A stretch of 64,000 nucleotides of DNA from Candidatus Sulfotelmatobacter sp. (GTDB lineage: Bacteria > Acidobacteriota > Terriglobia > Terriglobales > Acidobacteriaceae): contig DASRRV010000019.1 of assembly GCA_035695545.1 (NCBI GenBank), forward strand, positions 411 through 64,410, read 5' to 3'. The stretch's first letter is position 1; every line of letters begins with the position of its first letter. Of the stretch, positions 40,362-47,776 are shown in pieces. The notes under the pieces are model-generated. The model did not search any database. It had not been told where the DNA came from and worked only from the letters and a program-made list of their open reading frames with translations. The position numbers were made by a program, and so were the translations under genes.

Positions 40362-41120
40362 ATGTCCGTGATTCCTCTGACCTCGAACATGCCGGCAGGG
40401 TTGCCCGCGAACGTCCGCCAGGTTCTGGCTGACTTCCTTTCCAGCGCGCAGAAGTCGTTCGCCGACGACCTGTTGTCGGCCGTGCTCTTTGGCAGCGCGG
40501 CAGAGGGCGCTCTGCGGAAGTCATCGGATGTGAACCTGATCCTGGTCCTGCGGCGTTATCATCCCGACCGTGCTGAACGCCTCCGAAGCGCGCTCGGCGC
40601 TGCTGAAGCGGCGATACTCCTGCGCGTCATGTTCCTCGTACAGGATGAAATTCCAGCGGCCTGCGAAGCGTTCGCGCAAAAGTTCAGCGACATTGTCCGC
40701 CGACGCGTCGCGTTACTAGGGTCCGACCCTTTTGCAGGCCTTTCGATCCCGCGGACGGCCCAGGTGCGGCGTCTCCGCCAGGTCTCGTTGAACCTCTTGC
40801 TGCGCTTGCGCGAGATACACTCCGGTCAGGACAGTGGCAGCAGATCCGCGCTCCACATGCTGGCGGATTCTACTGGCGCGCTGCGATCAAGCGCCGTTCT
40901 GCTACTGCTTCTCGAAACCGGCAATGCCCCCAAGCCGAAGCCAGCGCTGATTCAAGTCGCCGAACAAGTCGCACCCGGAAAGTTCACGGCTGCGATGGCT
41001 AAGCTCTCACAATTGCGCGAGACCAACACTCTCTCCCGTCCGGATGCCCACGAGGTGATGATCGCCATGATGGAGCTGACGGCGGCTATACACGCGCGTG
41101 CAGCCGCACTTCGGGAATGA
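40362..41120 (+). CDS. nucleotidyltransferase-domain protein (KNTase-like, variant GS...DVN motif), start uncertain
   Basis: The ORF is open from 40170. LFGSAAEGALRKSSDVNLILVL fits the Pol-beta NTase motif, except that Asn replaces the second acidic residue. It has a helical C-terminal half. Stop lies 12 nt before the next gene. Confidence 0.6.
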   Translation: MSVIPLTSNMPAGLPANVRQVLADFLSSAQKSFADDLLSAVLFGSAAEGALRKSSDVNLILVLRRYHPDRAERLRSALGAAEAAILLRVMFLVQDEIPAACEAFAQKFSDIVRRRVALLGSDPFAGLSIPRTAQVRRLRQVSLNLLLRLREIHSGQDSGSRSALHMLADSTGALRSSAVLLLLLETGNAPKPKPALIQVAEQVAPGKFTAAMAKLSQLRETNTLSRPDAHEVMIAMMELTAAIHARAAALRE

Positions 41121-41132
41121 ACGCGAGTACGC

Positions 41133-42038
41133 ATGAATCCTTTCGATCTGCGAGGACCGGAGTTTCTGTTCTTCTACGTTCTGCTGTCGGGGGCGGTGAT
41201 TCTCGCAGTCATTTGGCTGCGCGAGTGGATGGAGAGTGGACCGACGCCTCCGGTGCATCTCGAGGATCCCTATTTCTTTGCCTACCTCCGCGGCGGGATG
41301 AACGAGGTCTTTCGCGCCGCGATCGTCGTGCTGCTGGATCGCGGTTGGCTCATTGCAGAAGGCGACATGGTGCATCGCCGCGACGACGTCGAGCCGAATC
41401 CTGAGCAGCCATCAATTGAGCAGGAAGTCTTGTCGTTCTTCTATACGCCCAGGCCTGCCTACGAAGCCCTGAAAAGCAGTCCACTCGGGACCGCGGCCTC
41501 CACCTACGAGCAGCAAACCGTTGAGCTGGATTTGATGCCGAACCAACTCGTCAAAGGGAAGCGTCAAATCCTGTGTGGCATCGCGGCCTGCGCGCTGCTC
41601 GGCGTGTCGCTGACCAAGATTGCAATAGCGCTGTCTCGCGGCCGAACCAATCTTCTGTTTCTAATCATCCTGACGGTCGTGGTGCAGTGGATTCTGGTAC
41701 AGGTCGCTGTCCCCGGCCCGACGGCGAAAGGGCGTGCTCTCCTTCGCGATATCCAGTCTCTGTTTAGCGATTTGAAAGGACGCCGGCCCTTCCTGCGTCC
41801 CGGCGCCGGCACCAAAGAAATCGCGTGGCTCGTGGGAGTATTTGGCCTGGGCTCTCTTCCAAGTGACGGCTTTCCGGACGTGAAGGCTCTGTTTCCTCAG
41901 AGCTCCACCAACTTCACTCTCAGCGGGGGAACCGGAGGCAGTTGCGGTGCCGCGAGCAGTTGTGGCGGTGGAGGCGGTTGCGGGGGCGGCTGCGGAGGCG
42001 GTGGGTGCGGCGGAGGGTGCGGAGGTTGCGGGAGCTGA
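41133..42038 (+). CDS. membrane protein with Gly/Cys-rich C-terminal tail (TIGR04222-like by recollection)
   Basis: 301 aa. N-terminus MNPFDLRGPEFLFFYVLLSGAVILAVIW, two further TM helices, and the C-terminus SGGTGGSCGAASSCGGGGGCGGGCGGGGCGGGCGGCGS. Confidence 0.75.
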   Translation: MNPFDLRGPEFLFFYVLLSGAVILAVIWLREWMESGPTPPVHLEDPYFFAYLRGGMNEVFRAAIVVLLDRGWLIAEGDMVHRRDDVEPNPEQPSIEQEVLSFFYTPRPAYEALKSSPLGTAASTYEQQTVELDLMPNQLVKGKRQILCGIAACALLGVSLTKIAIALSRGRTNLLFLIILTVVVQWILVQVAVPGPTAKGRALLRDIQSLFSDLKGRRPFLRPGAGTKEIAWLVGVFGLGSLPSDGFPDVKALFPQSSTNFTLSGGTGGSCGAASSCGGGGGCGGGCGGGGCGGGCGGCGS

Positions 42039-42039
42039 G

Positions 42040-43173
42040 ATGACATTGCTTTCCCCAGATCGCGTGGGCCTGGGCTGGCGGACTGAATTGGCCGCCGGCA
42101 TCTTCGCCCATCAGGACCAAATCGACGTGGTGGAAGTCATCGCGGAGGACTGGTTCGACGTCCCGCGGTCGAAGGCCTCCGCGCTGCGAACGCTCGCAAG
42201 GCAGATTCCCGTGCAATTGCATGGAACCAGCGCAGGCCTGGCCTCGGCGGCACCCGTGGAAGAGAAGCGATTGGCGAAAATGGCGCGTCTGGTGGACCTG
42301 CTTCAACCTGAAGCCTGGTCGGAGCACCTCGCCTTCGTCCGCGCCGGAGGTTGGGAGATCGGTCATCTGGCGGCAGTCCCGCGAAACTCAGGCACAGTGG
42401 AGAACTCAGCCGCGAACGTGGCACGAGCTCGGCAGGTCGTGGGTACGGCTCCCATGGTGGAGAATATCGCTACGCTGATCGCGCCTCCGGCAAGTCCGCT
42501 AACGGAGGTCGAGTGGCTGACTCAAGTGGCGACCGCCTCGGATGCTCCCCTGCTCCTCGACCTCCACAACTTGTATGCGAACGCAGTCAATTTTGGACTG
42601 GATCGCTCCACTGCGCCCATGGATGCCTTGCGGCACCTTCCTCTGGACCGTGTGCGCACGGTGCACATCGCGGGTGGGCACTGGATCAATGCGCGACACA
42701 GCGACCGGCAGGAGCAACGGTTACTCGATGATCATTTGCATCCCGTCCCCGACGCGGTGTTCGCGATGCTGGAAGAATTAGCGGCGCTGGCGCCCCAACC
42801 GCTCACCGTCGTGCTCGAGAGGGATGGGTCTTATCCGGCGATGGACGCGCTATTGCTCGAACTGCAATTGGCCAGGGCAGCTATGCAGCGAGGCCGGGAG
42901 CGCAAGGCTCAGACGGTGGCCAGACCCACCAGTCTCGCGCAGAGACCCGGCGTGGGAGCTAACTCCGCGAATCTTGAGGCCTTGTTGGCACGGATCTACG
43001 TCGATGAACCCTTGCGCGCCACCTTTCTTGCTGCGCCGGAAGAATTTGCACATCGCCATGACCTCAATCCTGATGACACGGCGGCTCTGATTTCGATTGA
43101 TCGCACCGGACTCGCGATGGCCGCGCGGTCTTTCGCCAGAAAGCGCCATTTGAAACAGGCACACAAGCATTAG
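42040..43173 (+). CDS. DUF692 / multinuclear non-heme iron oxidase (MNIO, MbnB-like) with extra ~95-aa C-terminal domain
   Basis: ATG lies 1 nt after the upstream stop. DUF692 hallmarks: GLGWRTEL, VVEVIAEDWF, VQLHGTS, SEHLAF, VENIATL, LLLDLHNLYANAVNFG, VHIAGGH. I rejected the ORF-track start at 41947 because it overlaps the Gly/Cys tail. Confidence 0.82.
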   Translation: MTLLSPDRVGLGWRTELAAGIFAHQDQIDVVEVIAEDWFDVPRSKASALRTLARQIPVQLHGTSAGLASAAPVEEKRLAKMARLVDLLQPEAWSEHLAFVRAGGWEIGHLAAVPRNSGTVENSAANVARARQVVGTAPMVENIATLIAPPASPLTEVEWLTQVATASDAPLLLDLHNLYANAVNFGLDRSTAPMDALRHLPLDRVRTVHIAGGHWINARHSDRQEQRLLDDHLHPVPDAVFAMLEELAALAPQPLTVVLERDGSYPAMDALLLELQLARAAMQRGRERKAQTVARPTSLAQRPGVGANSANLEALLARIYVDEPLRATFLAAPEEFAHRHDLNPDDTAALISIDRTGLAMAARSFARKRHLKQAHKH

Positions 43174-43216
43174 CCATCGACAGCGATGACAGCGCATTCC
43201 AACGGACCGGAGATGG

Positions 43217-43681
43217 TTGTCAACTACTCTCCGAACCTCGACCTTCGGATCAGCGTACTGCGTGCACAAAGTACTGGCGGCGAACGTCGGGCGGGGCTCG
43301 AAGGGACACGGGAGCATCGCTCGTCCCGACTATTGTTTCGAAGTGAACTGTTGCCTGCGGCATCCCACCGGGGCTTTCACCTACTCCGCCAACGACATCT
43401 ATTTCGATCTGGAGTCGCTGGCAGCATTCTGCGAGGAACTTCGTGGGATGCAACGGGGTCTTAGACAAGAAGCGGCCTTGCACGATCCGGGAGAGATGGT
43501 GGTTTTGCGGCTGAAAGGGAACGCGCGCGGGCTGCAACTGACACTCAACGTCCGAGAGTATCTCGCCCCGTCGATAGCGACGCTAAATGCCAGCTTTGAC
43601 GTCGACTACGATTTGTTTGTCAACAAGCTCCACGCAGAAATGGGACGGTATCTCGAAGAGCTGCGCCAAGTTGAAATCTAA
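43217..43681 (+). CDS. hypothetical protein (start uncertain)
   Basis: 154-aa ORF on the same strand, 43 nt after the MNIO gene. No family recognised. Confidence 0.5.
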   Translation: MSTTLRTSTFGSAYCVHKVLAANVGRGSKGHGSIARPDYCFEVNCCLRHPTGAFTYSANDIYFDLESLAAFCEELRGMQRGLRQEAALHDPGEMVVLRLKGNARGLQLTLNVREYLAPSIATLNASFDVDYDLFVNKLHAEMGRYLEELRQVEI

Positions 43682-43707
43682 GAATCCAGTGGCACGCGAG
43701 CCGCCTG

Positions 43708-44769
43708 TTGCCGCCTCATGTTCGCCGGGTTTGCCTCTATCCAGCGAACCCACTACACTCGGACTTTTGCCGCGATATTGGCCGCTACTCGCTGAATCAT
43801 GGCGGCCGCCGCCGCAGGAGCCTTTTGGAAATCCTCGACCTCAGGCATTTTTCCTCTGTCGATCTGCGTCCCCTGCTCGATGACGAGACGCAGGTCTGGT
43901 CGCGCCTGCTCTCGTGGGATTACTCCAGCTCGGCGAGCATGATTCTGCGCTACGTCGACTCGAAAATCCTGCCGGGTTATGCAGCCGTCGATCGCGGCCG
44001 CGTCTTCGGCTACTCATTCTTCGTATATGAAGGCAGCAAGGGAGTGATCGGCGACCTCTACGTGACCAACGGTACACGTCTGCCCAACGCCCGCGAGGTC
44101 GAGTTGAAGCTGTTGACCCACGTCATCGAGACGCTGCAGCAGTCTCCGGGGATCCATCGCGTGGAGGCACAACTGCTTGCGCATGAGGCCAACGTCGTCT
44201 CGCGCCCTTTCCTCGAGACCGGATTCCAGCGGCATCCACGCTTGTTCATGGTGCTGGCGTTGGGCAAGACGGCCCAGGAGAAAATTCCTCCTCATCCTGA
44301 CGTGGAGATTCGCCCCTGGAGTGAGTCCGATTATCAACCTTCGGCTGCCGTGATCACGGCGGCATATCGCGGCCATGTCGATGCCCAAATCAACGACCAG
44401 TACCACACGCTGAGTGGATCCCTGCGCTTCCTGAACAACATTGTGCGCTTTCCGGGATGCGGAGTATTCGACGCCGAGTCGTCGTTCGTGGCGCTCGACC
44501 GCAAGGCGAAAACCTTGGTAGCGCTGATCTTGTGCTCGCGCGTGCGCGACGATGTCGGCCACGTAACCCAAGTCTGCGTTCTGCCCGAGTACCGTTCCCG
44601 CCACATCGGCGAATCGCTGCTGGCCGCAACCGTAGGCAATCTGCGGAAAAGAAACTTCTCGCTACTGTCGCTAACGGTAACGGAGGCGAATGCCGGCGCA
44701 GTCGCGCTGTATCGACGCTTGAACTTTGATACGAAGAGGATTTTTGACGCGTTCGTGTGGGAAGGGTGA
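43708..44769 (+). CDS. GNAT-family N-acetyltransferase, two tandem GNAT-like halves (start uncertain)
   Basis: The C-terminal half has the acetyl-CoA-binding pattern VCVLPEYRSRHIGESLL...ANAGAVALYRRLNF. Confidence 0.7.
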   Translation: MPPHVRRVCLYPANPLHSDFCRDIGRYSLNHGGRRRRSLLEILDLRHFSSVDLRPLLDDETQVWSRLLSWDYSSSASMILRYVDSKILPGYAAVDRGRVFGYSFFVYEGSKGVIGDLYVTNGTRLPNAREVELKLLTHVIETLQQSPGIHRVEAQLLAHEANVVSRPFLETGFQRHPRLFMVLALGKTAQEKIPPHPDVEIRPWSESDYQPSAAVITAAYRGHVDAQINDQYHTLSGSLRFLNNIVRFPGCGVFDAESSFVALDRKAKTLVALILCSRVRDDVGHVTQVCVLPEYRSRHIGESLLAATVGNLRKRNFSLLSLTVTEANAGAVALYRRLNFDTKRIFDAFVWEG

Positions 44770-44775
44770 GGCTGG

Positions 44776-44793
44776 TGTTAGCTTCTAGCTGCT
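44776..44793. repeat. CTAGCT word array (short)
   Basis: gttagcttctagctgcta after the GNAT stop. Confidence 0.5.
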
Positions 44794-44974
44794 ACCTCCG
44801 CAACACCCACATCGCCCAGCCCGCCACCAGCACTCCGCCCAGGAACATCGCGAAGCAGTACAGGCCGTAGCGCACCATCTCGCGAGTGGTCTCGCGGTGG
44901 GTGATGCCGAACACGATGGCAGCGAACAGAGCAAACACCGCCGCCGCGCTGAAGTGATTCAGTGTAATGGTCAC
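44792..44974 (-). CDS. small hypothetical membrane protein
   Basis: 60-aa ORF with two hydrophobic helices. Confidence 0.35.
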   Translation of the reverse strand: MTITLNHFSAAAVFALFAAIVFGITHRETTREMVRYGLYCFAMFLGGVLVAGWAMWVLRR

Positions 44975-44998
44975 TGCGCCAAACTCCGAATAGAGATC

Positions 44999-45032
44999 TT
45001 AGCTGATAGCTGAAGGCTGATAGCTGAGAGCT
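44999..45032. repeat. GCTGAKA heptamer word array
   Basis: tagctgatagctgaaggctgatagctgagagctg between two minus-strand membrane-protein genes. Confidence 0.8.
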
Positions 45033-45035
45033 GTT

Positions 45036-45452
45036 TCATTGCTTTTTCCCGATCGCGATGTGGTACGCGTCGGCGACGGAAATAAAATTCAGCAGTCCGG
45101 CGACGATCATAAACTTGGTACCGTAATCAGCCGTGGCGAACTGGATCGCGCCCTGACCCCAGTCCATGGCCACCGTGATCAAGTAAAGCCCGCCCGCGCC
45201 GATGTCTCCAATGAATCCGAGAATGTCGAGAATATCGCCGCCGTTCGCCTTGTAGATGCGGCCCTGCATCCCCAGCCCGAGCAGGAACAGGGTCACGACC
45301 GATATGAACAGCAGTGCGCCGCGAATCCAGCGCTTCTGAATCATGTGTCCCGCGCCCGGAATCAGCCAGCCGATCGCGGGGGCGACCACCGCCATCACGG
45401 TCAGGGGCTCCGGTTGCGCCACGTTTGTTTTTTCTGTGGTGGAATTTGCCAT
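45036..45452 (-). CDS. hypothetical membrane protein
   Basis: 138 aa with 4 TM segments. It lies directly downstream of the aminopeptidase gene, whose stop is adjacent at 45453. Confidence 0.6.
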   Translation of the reverse strand: MANSTTEKTNVAQPEPLTVMAVVAPAIGWLIPGAGHMIQKRWIRGALLFISVVTLFLLGLGMQGRIYKANGGDILDILGFIGDIGAGGLYLITVAMDWGQGAIQFATADYGTKFMIVAGLLNFISVADAYHIAIGKKQ

Positions 45453-46625
45453 TCAGATCGTCACAATCTCGCGTTGAATTTTCCCGGTCACTTCTGCCGA
45501 CTTCGCGCGCACCAGCACGTTCACCTCGCTGCGCACGCCAAACTCAGGCAGGTAAATGCCGGGCTCGATCGAGAAGCAGGAGTTGGGAAGGATCTGCCGC
45601 TCGTCGTGGATTTCAAGATCGTCCATATTCGCCCCATTGGAATGGACGTCGGTGCCAATGGAATGTCCCGTGCGGTGGATGAAATAGTCGCCGTAGCCGG
45701 CCTTCCGGATGTGCCCGCGTGTGGCGCGGTCGACTTCCCATCCCGCGATGCGGCGTCCCGAGTTGATCGCATCGAGCACGGTTTTCACGCCGGCGTCGCG
45801 CGCGTCACGCACAATTTCGAAAACTTCCTGCATGCGCGCCGAGGGCGCCCCGCCAACGAATCCCATCCACGTGATGTCGTAATACACCGCGCCCGGTGCG
45901 TTCTTCTTGCCCCACACATCGAGCAGCACAAGATCTCCTTCGCGAATCGGCACGGGATGACTCGCGTGCGGTTCGTAATGCGGATTGGCTGCGTTGGCGT
46001 TAACCGCCACGATCGGAGGATCGTCGGTCGCCAGATTCTCTCGGCCGAACGCTTCCATGAACCACTGCTGGATCTCGTGTTCCTTGGTGCCGCCGTTGCG
46101 TACCCGCTTGCCAATTTCCTTGAACGACTCCGCCACAATGGAGTCGATACTGTCGCGCGCGGCAAAGTGCGACTGGATCTGCTTTTCGGTCCATGTCGAT
46201 TCGAACTGCGCGACCAGGTCGGCCGAACTCACCACGTTCTTTCCCAAACCGCGCAGCAGGTCGATCGTTCCGCCATCGACCAACGAAATTGTGAAGACAA
46301 TATTGTTCGGCGAATATTGCATGGCGAGGTCGCGCTGGTTCGCCAGAATCGCTTTCAGCTTGTCGAACAGTTCCTGCCAGCCGGAATACTGATGCTTCTT
46401 GCCGGGCAGGGTATCGAGGTGCCCCGCTTCAATCTTATGCACCAGTTTGACCGGTTCGCCTTCCGCCGGAACCAGGTAAAACCAGCGCCGCGTCACCATC
46501 AGGCTCGTCGGCAGCCCGAGCACACGGTAAGCGATAGGATCGCGATGATGGTGGTCGTAGAAGAGCCACGCGTCAATATTGCGTTCGCGCAGCGCAGACT
46601 GGATGGCAGCGAGATCCATGGGCAA
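45453..46625 (-). CDS. M24-family Xaa-Pro aminopeptidase
   Basis: 390 aa with DITWMGF...HRTGHSIG...EPGIY metal-ligand motifs. Confidence 0.9.
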   Translation of the reverse strand: MPMDLAAIQSALRERNIDAWLFYDHHHRDPIAYRVLGLPTSLMVTRRWFYLVPAEGEPVKLVHKIEAGHLDTLPGKKHQYSGWQELFDKLKAILANQRDLAMQYSPNNIVFTISLVDGGTIDLLRGLGKNVVSSADLVAQFESTWTEKQIQSHFAARDSIDSIVAESFKEIGKRVRNGGTKEHEIQQWFMEAFGRENLATDDPPIVAVNANAANPHYEPHASHPVPIREGDLVLLDVWGKKNAPGAVYYDITWMGFVGGAPSARMQEVFEIVRDARDAGVKTVLDAINSGRRIAGWEVDRATRGHIRKAGYGDYFIHRTGHSIGTDVHSNGANMDDLEIHDERQILPNSCFSIEPGIYLPEFGVRSEVNVLVRAKSAEVTGKIQREIVTI

Positions 46626-46690
46626 ACGTCTATTGTAAACAAGAGCAGCGATTTGGGCGAATCGGGTCGTGCGGGCGAGAAGTGCCGTCC

Positions 46691-46720
46691 AAAAAAGAAT
46701 AGCCCCGGTTAGCCGGGGCC
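46691..46720 (-). terminator. intrinsic terminator downstream of the tRNA
   Basis: On the minus strand: GCCCCGG-CTAA-CCGGGGC followed by TATTCTTTTTT. Confidence 0.7.
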
Positions 46721-46856
46721 TTCTTAATTCCGTGGTCCAACGCTCTGTCCAGTGTCAGTATCAGCGGCGCAAAGAAACGTTGTCAAGTCACGGAGGGATT
46801 ATCTCTGTGTTTTTCCTCCCTCAAACTTCTCCACCGTGCCTACGCACCTGAGAGAA

Positions 46857-46928
46857 TGGACCCGGCGGGATTCGAATCCGCGCCTGCCGCTTGGACAGAG
46901 CGATGTGTTCCCGTTACACCACGGGCCC
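46857..46928 (-). tRNA. tRNA, anticodon GUC (Asp) by hand fold, with atypical positions
   Basis: Minus-strand cloverleaf: acceptor GGGCCCG/CGGGUCC, D arm GUGU-AACGGGA-ACAC, anticodon arm UCGCU-CUGUCCA-AGCGG, variable CAGGC, T arm GCGGA-UUCGAAU-CCCGC, discriminator A. No encoded CCA. Confidence 0.7.
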
Positions 46929-47011
46929 TGCTGCCATGTGACCATCGAATCAGCACGACTGCAAGGACCGAGAGCACAAATTGCGAAGCCGCTTCCCGAA
47001 TTGGGATGAAC

Positions 47012-47776
47012 TTACGCCGGCCGAACGCCCAGAATCTTCTTCTTCGCCCCCGGCGGCAGCGTCTCGCACGCCGTCCGGAGCACCAGTCGCGGAGCGTGCT
47101 CGCGGATCTTCATCAAATACGGTACCGCCCGCTTCGCATCGTATTTCGACGTCTCCCGCAAAAGCCAGCCCAGGCCCTTCTGCACCATGTCATCTTCGTC
47201 GGAGAGTAGAGAGTCCGAAAGCTTTTTGATTTGAGGCAAGAACTTCTTTTGCCTCGTCCCCTGGATCAGCGCGACGCACGCCGCTCGCCGGTGCCATCGA
47301 TCTTTCGACTTAGCCCATCGGAAGACTGTTTTCACCCGCGAAGGATCCGCCGCCACCATCGGCGCGATCAGATAGTGTACGAGGCCATCGTGATCGGCCC
47401 AACTGCTGATGCGGTCGAGCCACGCCTCGAACATGCGAAACTCACGATCGCCGCACCGTGCATCCAGCTTCTCCAGCAGAAAGATTGCGGCGACGTTCTC
47501 TTCCAACACGCACCCCGAAAAGAGTTCGTCCGCGACCTTCACCAGAAAATCGAAGTCATGCTCACGAAGAATGTCTCGCCTGCACTGGCGCACGGCTCGC
47601 CGCAGAGCTGCCGTATACCATCCATGCGATTTGATTTCTTCCTTAAAGAACCACTGTACCCCGCTGGCATGCTCGGCAGACCCGCCATCCTTGAGCGCCC
47701 GCCTGATTTCGCCCGCCGTTTTCAGTGGAGTCGACACCGGGAGATTGTGGCCGGTTTGCTTGCGGCGCCCCCTCAT
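47012..47776 (-). CDS. DNA alkylation repair protein (AlkD-like HEAT-repeat family)
   Basis: 254 aa with a sequence pattern typical of the DNA alkylation repair enzyme family, recalled from memory. ATGA overlap with the upstream POT gene. Confidence 0.75.
   Translation of the reverse strand: MRGRRKQTGHNLPVSTPLKTAGEIRRALKDGGSAEHASGVQWFFKEEIKSHGWYTAALRRAVRQCRRDILREHDFDFLVKVADELFSGCVLEENVAAIFLLEKLDARCGDREFRMFEAWLDRISSWADHDGLVHYLIAPMVAADPSRVKTVFRWAKSKDRWHRRAACVALIQGTRQKKFLPQIKKLSDSLLSDEDDMVQKGLGWLLRETSKYDAKRAVPYLMKIREHAPRLVLRTACETLPPGAKKKILGVRPA

Noticed and set aside
41947-42039. The ORF-track start for the DUF692 protein at 41947, which would add 31 residues (MPRAVVAVEAVAGAAAEAVGAAEGAEVAGAE).
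   Set aside because: That extension is the out-of-frame reading of the GGN/TGC repeats encoding the Gly/Cys tail. ATG 42040, 1 nt after the upstream stop, gives the canonical DUF692 N-terminus (…RVGLGWR…).
45039-46712. 557-aa plus-strand ORF, one of the longest in this part of the track.
   Set aside because: It is antisense to the M24 aminopeptidase and the adjacent membrane-protein gene. Its composition (R/H/A/G-rich) and lack of motifs indicate a shadow frame.
46741-46752. A 10-12 nt reverse-complement match (cgctctgtccag) to the tRNA anticodon arm about 110 nt downstream of the tRNA, considered as a possible att remnant of an integrated element.
   Set aside because: The match is short enough to arise by chance. 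No integrase, direct repeat of the tRNA 3' end or foreign-looking gene block flanks the tRNA.
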